From Acidobacteriota bacterium (GTDB lineage: Bacteria > Acidobacteriota > UBA890), in contig DASWHK010000258.1 in the NCBI GenBank assembly GCA_036398215.1, positions 12,700 to 76,699 on the forward strand: a stretch of 64,000 nucleotides of DNA, given 5' to 3'. The translations under genes and the position numbers were made by a program. A model generated the notes under the pieces. The model saw only the letters and a list, made by a program, of their open reading frames with translations, ran no database searches and was not told the DNA's origin. Shown here one piece after another: positions 49,212 to 57,746 of this stretch (positions are counted from its first letter, which is position 1; every line of letters starts with the position of its first letter).

Positions 49212-50216
49212 GTGGTCGAGCCTGACGCCGAGTCCCGCCGCGTGGTGCTTGCCAAGCCGCGCGGCTTCTGCGCCGGCGTCGTGCGCGCCGTCGACATCGT
49301 CGATCTGGCGCTCGAGATGTACGGGCCCCCGGTGTACGTCCGTCACGAAATCGTCCACAACAGCTACGTCGTCCGTGACTTCGAGTCCCGCGGGGTCGTC
49401 TTCGTCGACGAGATCGAGGAGGTCCCCGACGAGGGAGTGGTCATCTTCTCGGCCCACGGCATCCCCCCCGAGGTCCGCGAGGAGGCCCGCGCCCGCGGGC
49501 TCAGGAGCGTCGACGCCACCTGCCCGTTGGTCACCAAGGTCCACGACGAAGCGTTACGCTACGTCGCCCAGGGCTACCACATCCTGCTGGTCGGTCACGC
49601 CGGTCACGTGGAGGTCGAGGGCACGATGGGACACGTTCCCGATGACGTCACGCTGGTACAGACCGAGGCCGAGGCCGAGGCCGTGCAGGTCCCGGCCGGC
49701 GGCAAGGTCGCCTACCTGACCCAGACGACCCTCTCGATCGACGACGTCGCCGGCGTCCTGGCGGTCCTCAAGCGCCGCTTTCCGGAGATCGTGGGGCCCG
49801 CCAAGGACGACATCTGCTACGCGACCCAGAACCGCCAGGAGGCGGTCAAGCGGATGGCCTCGGAGGTCGACGCGATCATCGTTGTCGGGGCGCCCAACTC
49901 GTCGAACTCGAACCGCCTCGTCGAGGTCGCCGAGGCCGCCGGAGTGCCCGCCTACCTGGTGCAGACGCGCGACGAGATCCGTCCCGAATGGCTCGCCGGC
50001 GTCGCCAGGGTGGGGATCACCGCGGGCGCCTCGGCGCCGGAGACGCTGGTGATGGACATCGTCGACGAGCTACGCGGTCCGCAGGGCACGGTGGCCCAGC
50101 TCGACGGGCCGGAGGAGCGCGTGCACTTCCCGCTGCCGGTGGAGTTCGTCAAGGATTTCCGCGAGCGGGGCCTCGACCCCGAGGCGGCGCTCGAGGGTTT
50201 TCGCCAACGCTGGTAG
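49212..50216 (+). CDS. ispH: 4-hydroxy-3-methylbut-2-enyl diphosphate reductase
   Basis: GFCAGVVRAV...VRHEIVHN...SANS motifs; GTG start with AGGAG RBS. Confidence 0.9.
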   Translation: MVEPDAESRRVVLAKPRGFCAGVVRAVDIVDLALEMYGPPVYVRHEIVHNSYVVRDFESRGVVFVDEIEEVPDEGVVIFSAHGIPPEVREEARARGLRSVDATCPLVTKVHDEALRYVAQGYHILLVGHAGHVEVEGTMGHVPDDVTLVQTEAEAEAVQVPAGGKVAYLTQTTLSIDDVAGVLAVLKRRFPEIVGPAKDDICYATQNRQEAVKRMASEVDAIIVVGAPNSSNSNRLVEVAEAAGVPAYLVQTRDEIRPEWLAGVARVGITAGASAPETLVMDIVDELRGPQGTVAQLDGPEERVHFPLPVEFVKDFRERGLDPEAALEGFRQRW

Positions 50217-50224
50217 CGGCGCGC

Positions 50225-50357
50225 GGAAAGCGATAACGCGGCGTCTGCTGCGTTGCGGCTTGCGATTGTTTCATGGGTTCGGCGCCCGCCACGAGAGTAG
50301 CTTCTCCTGCGTCGCCCTCGCGGCGCGCGCCTTGCATCCACCACGTTCTCGCTTCCC
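50225..50357 (+). mobile_element. MITE-like element copy 1 (133 bp, degenerate 13-bp terminal inverted repeats)
   Basis: ~93% identical to the reverse complement of 54066-54198; lies between the ispH stop and the korB stop. Confidence 0.6.
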
Positions 50358-50409
50358 GGTGGGGAGGTGGTTGCATGCGCCGGTGGCGCATCATCGCCTG
50401 TGGCGGCGG

Positions 50410-51312
50410 TTACATCATTCTTTTGATGACCTTCTGGGCCTGCTCGGCGGTGAGGCCGGCCGGGCGGTGGGCGAGCGCGCCGCCCTCGTCGAGGACCGGC
50501 TCCTGCTTGCCCAGCGTCGGGCGCTCGACCTGCAGGAACTTGCCGATGTAGATCTCGTCGCCCCACATCAGCGCCTTCTCGCACGCGGACTTCCAGTCGC
50601 CGGTGTCGTGCTCCTCGTCCTCGAGCTTGCGGACGCGCGGCCGGAAGAAGGCGTAGTCGTTGTCGTGGTTGAAGGTCACGCAGGGGCTGAAGATGTCGAT
50701 CAGCGCGAAGCCCTCGTGCTCGATCGCCTCCTTCATCAACATCTGCAGGTGCTTGGGGTCGCCGGAGAAGCCGCGGGCGACGTAGGTGGCGCCGTTCATG
50801 ATCGCCGAGGTGATCGGGTTGATCGGCTTCTCGATGTTGCCGAACGGGGTCGACTTGGTCTTCATGCCGATCTCGCTGGTCGGCGAGATCTGTCCGGTGG
50901 TCAGCCCGTAGATCTGGTTGTTCATGACCAGGTAGGTCAGGTCGACGTTGCGCCGGGCGATATGGGTGAAGTGGTTGCCGCCGATTCCGTAGCCGTCGCC
51001 GTCGCCGCCGGTGCAGATGACGGTGAGCTCGTGGTTGGCCATCTTGAGGCCGGTAGCGACGGCCAGGGAGCGCCCATGAAGGGTATGCATCCCGTAGGCA
51101 TTGAAGAAGCCGGGGAAGTTCGACGAGCAACCGATGCCGCTGACCGTGACGATGTCATGGGGCCGCAGCCCGAGGTCGGCGGCGACGACCTGCAGCGACT
51201 TCAGGACGCCGAAATCGCCGCAGCCGGGGCACCAGTCGGGCTCGACCTTGCCCTTGAAGTCCTTCGAGGTCACCTTGGTGACCGGCTCTGCCACTTTCGT
51301 TTCGCTCATCAT
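50410..51312 (-). CDS. korB: 2-oxoacid:ferredoxin oxidoreductase beta subunit (TPP-binding, KorB-like)
   Basis: WCPGCGDFG, GIGCSS, TGGDGDGYGIG thiamine-PP motifs. Confidence 0.85.
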   Translation of the reverse strand: MMSETKVAEPVTKVTSKDFKGKVEPDWCPGCGDFGVLKSLQVVAADLGLRPHDIVTVSGIGCSSNFPGFFNAYGMHTLHGRSLAVATGLKMANHELTVICTGGDGDGYGIGGNHFTHIARRNVDLTYLVMNNQIYGLTTGQISPTSEIGMKTKSTPFGNIEKPINPITSAIMNGATYVARGFSGDPKHLQMLMKEAIEHEGFALIDIFSPCVTFNHDNDYAFFRPRVRKLEDEEHDTGDWKSACEKALMWGDEIYIGKFLQVERPTLGKQEPVLDEGGALAHRPAGLTAEQAQKVIKRMM

Positions 51313-51363
51313 CTGCCTCGTTTTCGGTTCGCGAAGATCGTTTGCTCTCGGGCTCCCGGCCGC

Positions 51364-53184
51364 TCAGACCATGATCTCCTGGGTCGGGACGTAGATTTCG
51401 GTCTTTCCGGCAAGCTGCTCCTGCACGCCGGCGACGATGTGATGGGGCATGAACGGCTCGCCGTCGTACTTGCGGATGTGTCCGTCGGCGGAAAACCCGG
51501 TCTCGCTGCGCAGGTAGCGGGCGAACTGGCCGCTGTGGTTGTTCTCGACGATGATGACGCGCTTGGACTTCGCCAGGATGGCGGCGATCTCGTCGCCGTG
51601 GAACGGCACGATCCACTTGACGGACAGGTGGTTGGCGGTGACCCCGAGGTCGGCGAGCTGCTCGATGGCCTCGCGGATGACGCCCCAGGTGGAGCCCCAG
51701 CCGACCAGCGTCACGTCGGCGTCGTCGGCGCCCTCGAGCACCGGTGGGGCCACGCGAACGGCCACCGTCTCGAACTTGCGGGCCCGCTTCTCGACCATCT
51801 TGCGGCGCTTGTGGGGGTTGGTGAACTCGTCGGAGATCAACACCCCGTCCTCGTCGTGCTCGTCGGTGGAGACGACATGGACGTAGCCTTCGAGGCCGGG
51901 GATGGCGCGCGGCGAGATGCCGCTCTCGGTGTCGGCATAGCGCTTGTAGCCGCCGCCCTCGCGGGTTCCGGGGTCGGCGAGAGCGCCGTTGTCGGATGAC
52001 CTGCCCTCGGTGATCAGCTCGCCCCGGTCGATCTCGGGCTGCAGGTTGATGGCGTCGGGCACGACGCTGAACGTTCCCTCCGAGATCAGCAGGTCGGAGA
52101 CCACGATGCCGGGGCACTGGGCAGCGTCGCACAGGTTGAAGACCTCGGGGAGGGTGTTGAAGGCGTCGAGGGCGTCCTTGGGCGCGACGATGAAGCGCTG
52201 GAAGTCCCCCTGGCTGGCGCCGAGCATCTGCCAAAGGTCGCCCTGCTCGGTCTTGGTGGGGACACCCGTGGAGGGGCCCGCCCGCTGGACGTCGATGTAG
52301 ACCACCGGGATCTCCATCATGCCGGCGGCGCCGATCGCCTCGGTCATCAGGGCGAAACCGCCGCCGGAGGTCGCGCACATGGAGCGGACGCCGGCGTGGG
52401 CGGCGCCGATCACCATGTTGGCGACGCCGATCTCGTCCTCGACCTGGCGCACCATGATGTCGAGGTCACGGGCGTTGCTGGCCATCCAGTGGAGGACGCC
52501 GGTCGACGGGCTCATCGGGTAGGCGGCGTAGAACTTGACGCCGGCGGCGGCGCCGCCCATTGCCAGAGCGTCGTTGCCCGACCAGACGGCGAGCGGCTCG
52601 TCGTTGCTCGGCACCGGGTCCGGAAAGGCCTCGAAGTTCTCCTTGGTGTGCTCGTAGGCGGCCCGCGCCGCGCCGACGTTGAGGTCGACGACTTCCTGGC
52701 CCTTGCGCTTGAAGGTCTCCGTCAAGGCGGCCTCGAGAATGCCCCACTCGATCCCCAGGAGCTCGGCGGTGACCCCGATGAAGGCGGTGTTCTGCAGCAG
52801 CTTGTTGGGGTTGTCGCCGGTCAGCTCGCTCACCGGCACCGGTACCAGGGTCACGCCTTCGGGTGTGTCGCCGGCCTCGACGCTGTCGCTGTTGAAGATC
52901 GCCCGGGCGCCGGGTCCGAGAACGCCGAGGTGGCGGTCGAGGGTGTCCTGGTTGAGGCAGAGCAGCAGGTCGATCTTGTCGCCGTGGCAGGTCGGCTGCC
53001 GGTCGCTTACCCGCACCGTCAGCAGGATGTGGCCGCCGCGGATGATCGACTGGTAGGCGTTGTAGGCGTAGATGTGCAGCCCACGGCGCACGAACATGCG
53101 CGCCAGGACGTTCCCCGGCGTGGCGATACCCTGGCCGGCGGCGCCGCCGATGGCCAGGGCGAAATCGAACTTGGCGTCCTTCAT
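51364..53184 (-). CDS. korA: 2-oxoacid:ferredoxin oxidoreductase alpha subunit with fused N-terminal gamma domain (KorA-like)
   Basis: FDFALAIGGAAGQGI (gamma domain), then alpha domain; GGGAGG RBS 9 nt before ATG (MKDAKF). Confidence 0.85.
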   Translation of the reverse strand: MKDAKFDFALAIGGAAGQGIATPGNVLARMFVRRGLHIYAYNAYQSIIRGGHILLTVRVSDRQPTCHGDKIDLLLCLNQDTLDRHLGVLGPGARAIFNSDSVEAGDTPEGVTLVPVPVSELTGDNPNKLLQNTAFIGVTAELLGIEWGILEAALTETFKRKGQEVVDLNVGAARAAYEHTKENFEAFPDPVPSNDEPLAVWSGNDALAMGGAAAGVKFYAAYPMSPSTGVLHWMASNARDLDIMVRQVEDEIGVANMVIGAAHAGVRSMCATSGGGFALMTEAIGAAGMMEIPVVYIDVQRAGPSTGVPTKTEQGDLWQMLGASQGDFQRFIVAPKDALDAFNTLPEVFNLCDAAQCPGIVVSDLLISEGTFSVVPDAINLQPEIDRGELITEGRSSDNGALADPGTREGGGYKRYADTESGISPRAIPGLEGYVHVVSTDEHDEDGVLISDEFTNPHKRRKMVEKRARKFETVAVRVAPPVLEGADDADVTLVGWGSTWGVIREAIEQLADLGVTANHLSVKWIVPFHGDEIAAILAKSKRVIIVENNHSGQFARYLRSETGFSADGHIRKYDGEPFMPHHIVAGVQEQLAGKTEIYVPTQEIMV

Positions 53185-53270
53185 GGGCGGAAGCCTCCCA
53201 GATCGCGAACTCGTCGGAATCGACACTCAGATCCGGCGCCCTTGTGGCGCGCCGGGCGAATCAAGCACTC

Positions 53271-53439
53271 TAGTGGTGCGCTTCCGAAATACCGTGGCAT
53301 TCGGCCGCCGATCCATCCCCGCTGGCTGCGTTGGGCTCCTTGCGGCGTACGGCAACGCGTACGCCTCAGTCGCCCGCCTTGCCAGCGGGGCGCCTCGGCG
53401 TCCTCGGTGCACACGGTATTTCGGAAGCGCACCACTAGT
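53271..53439. repeat. 169-bp nested palindrome: perfect 27-bp inverted arms (ctagtggtgcgcttccgaaataccgtg) separated by 115 bp containing 10-bp and 8-bp inner inverted repeats
   Basis: Arms at 53271-53297 and 53413-53439 are exact reverse complements; inner stems are ccccgctggc/gccagcgggg and ggcgtacg/cgtacgcc. Confidence 0.75.
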
Positions 53440-53513
53440 CTACCGTGCGGCCCCCGCTTTGAGCCAGCGGCCGGACCGCCGGAGCCCGGGCTCGCCGCGC
53501 GGACGCGCTCGAC

Positions 53514-53927
53514 TCACACGAGCCGGGTGCCGATCCATCGCCGCCAGACCGTCGCCGGCAGCAACTGGATGATGGCGTGGGCGAACGCCTTCTCGTAGGC
53601 GCGCTCGAAGGCCAGCTCGTCGTTGCGGTCGGCCTTCTTCTCACACCAGGCGCCGATGCGGCTGCAACGCTCCTGCCGGTCGCGGACCTCGACCAGCACC
53701 TCGACGGATTCGGTTTCGTCGAGGAAGCCGCCGCGCTCGGGCATGACCTCGAGGCCGCCCAGGCGCACCGCCTCGCGGACGATGGTCCCCGAGAAGAGGT
53801 CGACCTCCTGGAGCCGCCGGTAGATCTCGTCCTCCGCCCAGAGGTCGACGAGCTCGGGCAGCGTCAGCTGTTCGAGGATCCCGGTCTCGACCGCGTCGCG
53901 ATTGCCTGGCATTCTCCGTGACTCCAC
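53514..53927 (-). CDS. Hypothetical protein (137 aa, no recognised family)
   Basis: Coding-like codon usage; flanked by the large palindrome and MITE copy 2. Confidence 0.45.
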   Translation of the reverse strand: MESRRMPGNRDAVETGILEQLTLPELVDLWAEDEIYRRLQEVDLFSGTIVREAVRLGGLEVMPERGGFLDETESVEVLVEVRDRQERCSRIGAWCEKKADRNDELAFERAYEKAFAHAIIQLLPATVWRRWIGTRLV

Positions 53928-54065
53928 TGTCGGCGCTGGCTGGCGCCGAATCGCGGGCCATCTTAAAGACGGCCGTCTGGCAGGTCAAGCAAGCTCTGGC
54001 AGGCGACCAGGATCCCATGGTTGCCCGCCGCGCCACCGAGATGCAACCTCTCTCGCCAAGCTGGC

Positions 54066-54198
54066 GGGGAGCGATAAGGCGGTGGATGCCAGGCGCGCGC
54101 CGCGAGGGCGACGCAGGAGAAGCTACTCTTCGTGGCGGGCGCCGAACCCATGAAACAATCGCAAGCGCAACGCCGCAGACGCCGGCTTATCGCTCCCC
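54066..54198 (-). mobile_element. MITE-like element copy 2 (133 bp, perfect 13-bp terminal inverted repeats ggggagcgataag / cttatcgctcccc)
   Basis: Reverse complement matches 50225-50357; lies between the hypothetical gene and yggX. Confidence 0.65.
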
Positions 54199-54208
54199 GC
54201 TGGGGCTG

Positions 54209-54502
54209 CTACGCGGTCGAGGGGGGTCCTTCGCCCGGCTTGGGCTCGACGCTCTCGTAGCCGTCGCCTTCGAAGCCGAAGAACTCGCGGGCCTTTTGTT
54301 CGATGATGTCGTGGCTGCGAGGGTCCCCCAGGTTGAGCGCCAGCTCGTTGATGATCTTCACTTGCTCGACGAGCCACTCCTTCCAGGCGTCCTGGCAGAC
54401 GTTAGCGAGCACCTGCTCCTTCAGCTCCCCTCGGAAGGGGATGTGGGCGGTAATCGCCGGACCTGTTTTCTGATGTCGGACGCAGAAGACCTCGTCTGCC
54501 AT
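54209..54502 (-). CDS. yggX: Fe(2+)-trafficking / oxidative-damage protection protein YggX family
   Basis: MADEVFCVRHQKTG...GELKEQVLANVCQDAWKEWLVEQVKIINE matches the YggX pattern. Confidence 0.8.
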   Translation of the reverse strand: MADEVFCVRHQKTGPAITAHIPFRGELKEQVLANVCQDAWKEWLVEQVKIINELALNLGDPRSHDIIEQKAREFFGFEGDGYESVEPKPGEGPPSTA

Positions 54503-54540
54503 GGTTCCTCCGGTATGGGATCATTTGATGGGGCGGTCAT

Positions 54541-55266
54541 TCATTCCCCGCGGGCGATCCTGACGCCGGCGCTGGCGCCGATGCGCGTCGCCCCCGCCGC
54601 GATCATCTCGAGCGCGGCCTCGCGGGTGCCGATACCGCCGGCCGCCTTGACGCCCATCGCCGGCCCGACGATGCGGCGCATCAACGCCACGTCGTCGATG
54701 GTCGCCCCTCCCGGCCCGAAGCCAGTGGAGGTCTTGACGAACTCGGCGCCGGCGGCTCGGGCCAGCTCACAGGCGGCGACCTTTTCCTCCTCGGTGAGCA
54801 GCGCTGTCTCCAGGATGACCTTGAGGATCGCCCCACCGCGGTGGCTGGCTCCGGCGACCTGCTCGATGTCCTGCCGCACTGTATCGTAGCGCGCCGACCG
54901 CAGCGCCCCGACATTGATGACCATGTCGATCTCGCGGGCCCCGTCGCGAACCGCGCGCCGGGCCTCGTATGCCTTGGTCTGGTGCATGTTGGCGCCGAGG
55001 GGGAAGCCGACGACCGTGCAGGCCGGCACCTGGCTGCCGCGCAGCGTAGCGGCCACCAATGGCACGTAACACGGGTTGACGCAGACGCTCGCGAAGCCGT
55101 ACTCGAGCGCCTCGCCGCAGGCGCGCACGACGTCGGCTTCGGTGGCGCCCGGCTGCAATACCGTGTGATCGATGAGCCTGGCGATGGCGTCGCCCACCGG
55201 TAGCGCCGATCCGGCCGGACCGTCGTGGTCGGTGGGAGCCGGCGGGCAGTGATCGTGGTCGGCCAT
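54541..55266 (-). CDS. deoC: Deoxyribose-phosphate aldolase
   Basis: IDHTVL...VCV...FVKTSTGF (Schiff-base lysine) motifs. Confidence 0.9.
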   Translation of the reverse strand: MADHDHCPPAPTDHDGPAGSALPVGDAIARLIDHTVLQPGATEADVVRACGEALEYGFASVCVNPCYVPLVAATLRGSQVPACTVVGFPLGANMHQTKAYEARRAVRDGAREIDMVINVGALRSARYDTVRQDIEQVAGASHRGGAILKVILETALLTEEEKVAACELARAAGAEFVKTSTGFGPGGATIDDVALMRRIVGPAMGVKAAGGIGTREAALEMIAAGATRIGASAGVRIARGE

Positions 55267-55399
55267 GGGGCGGGGCGGGGGTCGGAACGCAAGAGCTCAG
55301 GATGATCGGATGCGAGGATAGTAGATCACGACGGCGGCAGGCGCCCCGTCCCGTACTCCGTTTCGGGAGTGCGATGATCCTTGCCAAGCCTACGGGCTG

Positions 55400-56839
55400 C
55401 TAGGGACCCCGGGCCACCGCGGTGCGGACGCGCTCCGCCGCCTGGCGGGCGGCCGCCGCGATGCGCTGCGGATCGAGGGTCGTGAAGCGGCCCTCTTCGA
55501 AGAGGATGCGACCGTCGACGATCGTCGTCTTGACGTCGCTGCCGCGCGTCGCGTAGGCGAGGTGGGAGTAGGGGTCGAAGCGGGGGACCAGGTTGGGGCG
55601 CGACCCGTCGACGATGATCAGGTCGGCGCGCTTGCCGACCTCGAGGGAGCCGATGGTGGCGTCGAGGCCGAGGGCGCGGGCGCCCTCGATGGTGGCCAGC
55701 GCCAGCGCTTCGGTCGCCGGCAGGGCGGTCGGGTCGGCGGCCATGTGCTTGTGCAGCAGGGCCGCCGTTGAGATGGCGCCGAACATGTCGAGGTCGTTGT
55801 TGCTGGCCGGGCCGTCGGTTCCCAGGCCGATGGCGACGCCGGCGGCCCGTAGCTCGGCCAGCGGCATGGTCCCCGAGGCCAGCTTCATGTTGCTCTCGGG
55901 GTTGTGAACGGCGCCGACGCCGCGGCGGGCAAGCGTTGCGCGGTCGGCGGCGTCGACCCAGATGGCGTGGGCGGCGACCACGTCGGGACCCAGGAAGCCG
56001 ATCTGCTCGAGGTGCTGGACCGGGCTGCTGCCGTAGTCGCCGCGGATCTGATCGACCTCGTCGCGGGTCTCCGCCACGTGAATCAACAGGGGAGCGCCGT
56101 AGCGGCGCGCCAGCTCGGCGGCCCGCAGCAGGGTCTCCGGGCTGCAGGTGTAGGGGGCATGGGGGGCTACCGCCGCGGTGATCCGCGGATGGTCGACCCA
56201 GCTCTGCAGGTACCGTTCGGCGTAGGCGAGCGCGTCATCGACCGTCGCCGCATCGGGAGAGGGAAAGTCGATGATCGTCTCGCCCAGAACCCCCCGCAGG
56301 CCGGCGTCGCGGACGACCCAGGCGACTTCGTCCTCGAAGTAGTACATGTCGGCGAACGTCGTGGTGCCGCTGCGGATCATCTCGAGCGCCGCCAGCTCGG
56401 TGCCGGTGCGGACGAAGTCGCGATCGACGACCGCCGCCTCGGCGGGGAAGATGTAGTTCTGCAGCCAGTCCATGAGTCGCAGGTCGTCGGCGACCCCGCG
56501 GAGCAGCGTCATCGGCGCGTGGTTGTGGCCGTTGACCAGTCCGGGTAGGACGAGGTCGTCGGGGGCGGCCCGCACGCTGCGGGCCGGGTCGTAGAGGTGG
56601 GCGATCTCGGCGGCCGGCCCGACGGCGACAATGGCGCCGTCGACGACGGCCACCGCCCCGTTGACGATCACCCGCCGCTGCGGATCCATCGTCACCAGCG
56701 TGCCGCCGAAGACGAGCAGGTCCGCCGGCCGGCGGTCCGCCGGCGGCGCCTCTGTGGGGCCCGAGGGGCCGCAGGCCGCCTGCGCCAGGCACGCCAGCAT
56801 CAGCATCCAGGGGATGATTCGTCCTCGTCGTCGGCTCAT
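55400..56839 (-). CDS. Amidohydrolase of the MTA/SAH deaminase (MtaD/COG0402) family with N-terminal signal peptide
   Basis: GLVNGHNHAPMTLLRGVADDLRLMDWL metal-binding HxH motif, GTDGPASNN; N-terminal hydrophobic stretch IIPWMLMLACLAQAAC with AQA cleavage-like site. Confidence 0.8.
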   Translation of the reverse strand: MSRRRGRIIPWMLMLACLAQAACGPSGPTEAPPADRRPADLLVFGGTLVTMDPQRRVIVNGAVAVVDGAIVAVGPAAEIAHLYDPARSVRAAPDDLVLPGLVNGHNHAPMTLLRGVADDLRLMDWLQNYIFPAEAAVVDRDFVRTGTELAALEMIRSGTTTFADMYYFEDEVAWVVRDAGLRGVLGETIIDFPSPDAATVDDALAYAERYLQSWVDHPRITAAVAPHAPYTCSPETLLRAAELARRYGAPLLIHVAETRDEVDQIRGDYGSSPVQHLEQIGFLGPDVVAAHAIWVDAADRATLARRGVGAVHNPESNMKLASGTMPLAELRAAGVAIGLGTDGPASNNDLDMFGAISTAALLHKHMAADPTALPATEALALATIEGARALGLDATIGSLEVGKRADLIIVDGSRPNLVPRFDPYSHLAYATRGSDVKTTIVDGRILFEEGRFTTLDPQRIAAAARQAAERVRTAVARGP

Positions 56840-56890
56840 CGGCGTCGCTTCCCTCGCAGGCCGTGGTGGAAGTCAGCTGGCAGCATGTCG

Positions 56891-57745
56891 TCACCGCCGC
56901 CCTATTGTAGACAGCGCCGCCACCAGCTCGGCGAGCAAGCCGACGAAGGCCGGGCGGGCCCGCTCGGCGGTGGCCATCACCTCGTCGTGATCGAGCGGCG
57001 CGTCGAGGACGCCGGCGGCCATGTTGCTGATGCAGGAGATGCCGACAACCCGCATGCCGGCGTGGTTGGCGGCCGTCACCTCCGGGACCGTCGACATGCC
57101 GACGGCGTCGGCGCCGAGGCGCTCGAGCATGCGGATCTCCGCCGGGGTCTCGTAAGACGGTCCCAGCACGCCCGCGTAGACGCCCTCGCGAAGCTCGATA
57201 CCGCGGCGGCCGGCGGCCTGGCGGGCGAGCTCGCGGTACTCGCGGTCGTAGGCGTAGGTCATGTCGAAGAAACGCGGGCCGAGATCGTCGAGGTTGGGAC
57301 CGGCGCAGGCGTTGACGCCCTGGAGGTTGAGGTGGTCGCCGATCAGCATCAGATCGCCGGGCGCATAGTCGCGGTTGATGGCTCCGGCGGCGTTGGTGAC
57401 CACCAGGCTGTGACACCCCAGCAGCGCCAGCACGCGGGCCGGAAACGCCACCACGCGGGGCCGATAGCCCTCGTAGAGGTGGACGCGTCCCTGCATGACG
57501 GCGACGGTGGTCTCGCCGTGCTTGCCGATCACCAGCTGCCCGGCGTGCCCCTCGACGCCGGCCTGCGGCCAGAAAGGGATCTTCGCGTACGGGATGCGCA
57601 CGGAGCCCTGCAGGGTCTCGGCGAAGGCGCCGAGCCCGGAGCCGAGGACCACGGCGATCGTCGGCCGGCGGCTGACCACCGCGCGGATGGCGAGCGCCGC
57701 GGTGTCGAGCTGGGTCCGGTAATCGGTGGGCGGCCGGCTGGTCAT
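56891..57745 (-). CDS. Purine nucleoside phosphorylase (trimeric PNP-I/PunA family; could be MTI/MTA phosphorylase)
   Basis: IAVVLGSGLG...MQGRVHLYEGY...GMSTVPEV family motifs. Confidence 0.85.
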   Translation of the reverse strand: MTSRPPTDYRTQLDTAALAIRAVVSRRPTIAVVLGSGLGAFAETLQGSVRIPYAKIPFWPQAGVEGHAGQLVIGKHGETTVAVMQGRVHLYEGYRPRVVAFPARVLALLGCHSLVVTNAAGAINRDYAPGDLMLIGDHLNLQGVNACAGPNLDDLGPRFFDMTYAYDREYRELARQAAGRRGIELREGVYAGVLGPSYETPAEIRMLERLGADAVGMSTVPEVTAANHAGMRVVGISCISNMAAGVLDAPLDHDEVMATAERARPAFVGLLAELVAALSTIGRR

Positions 57746-57746
57746 C

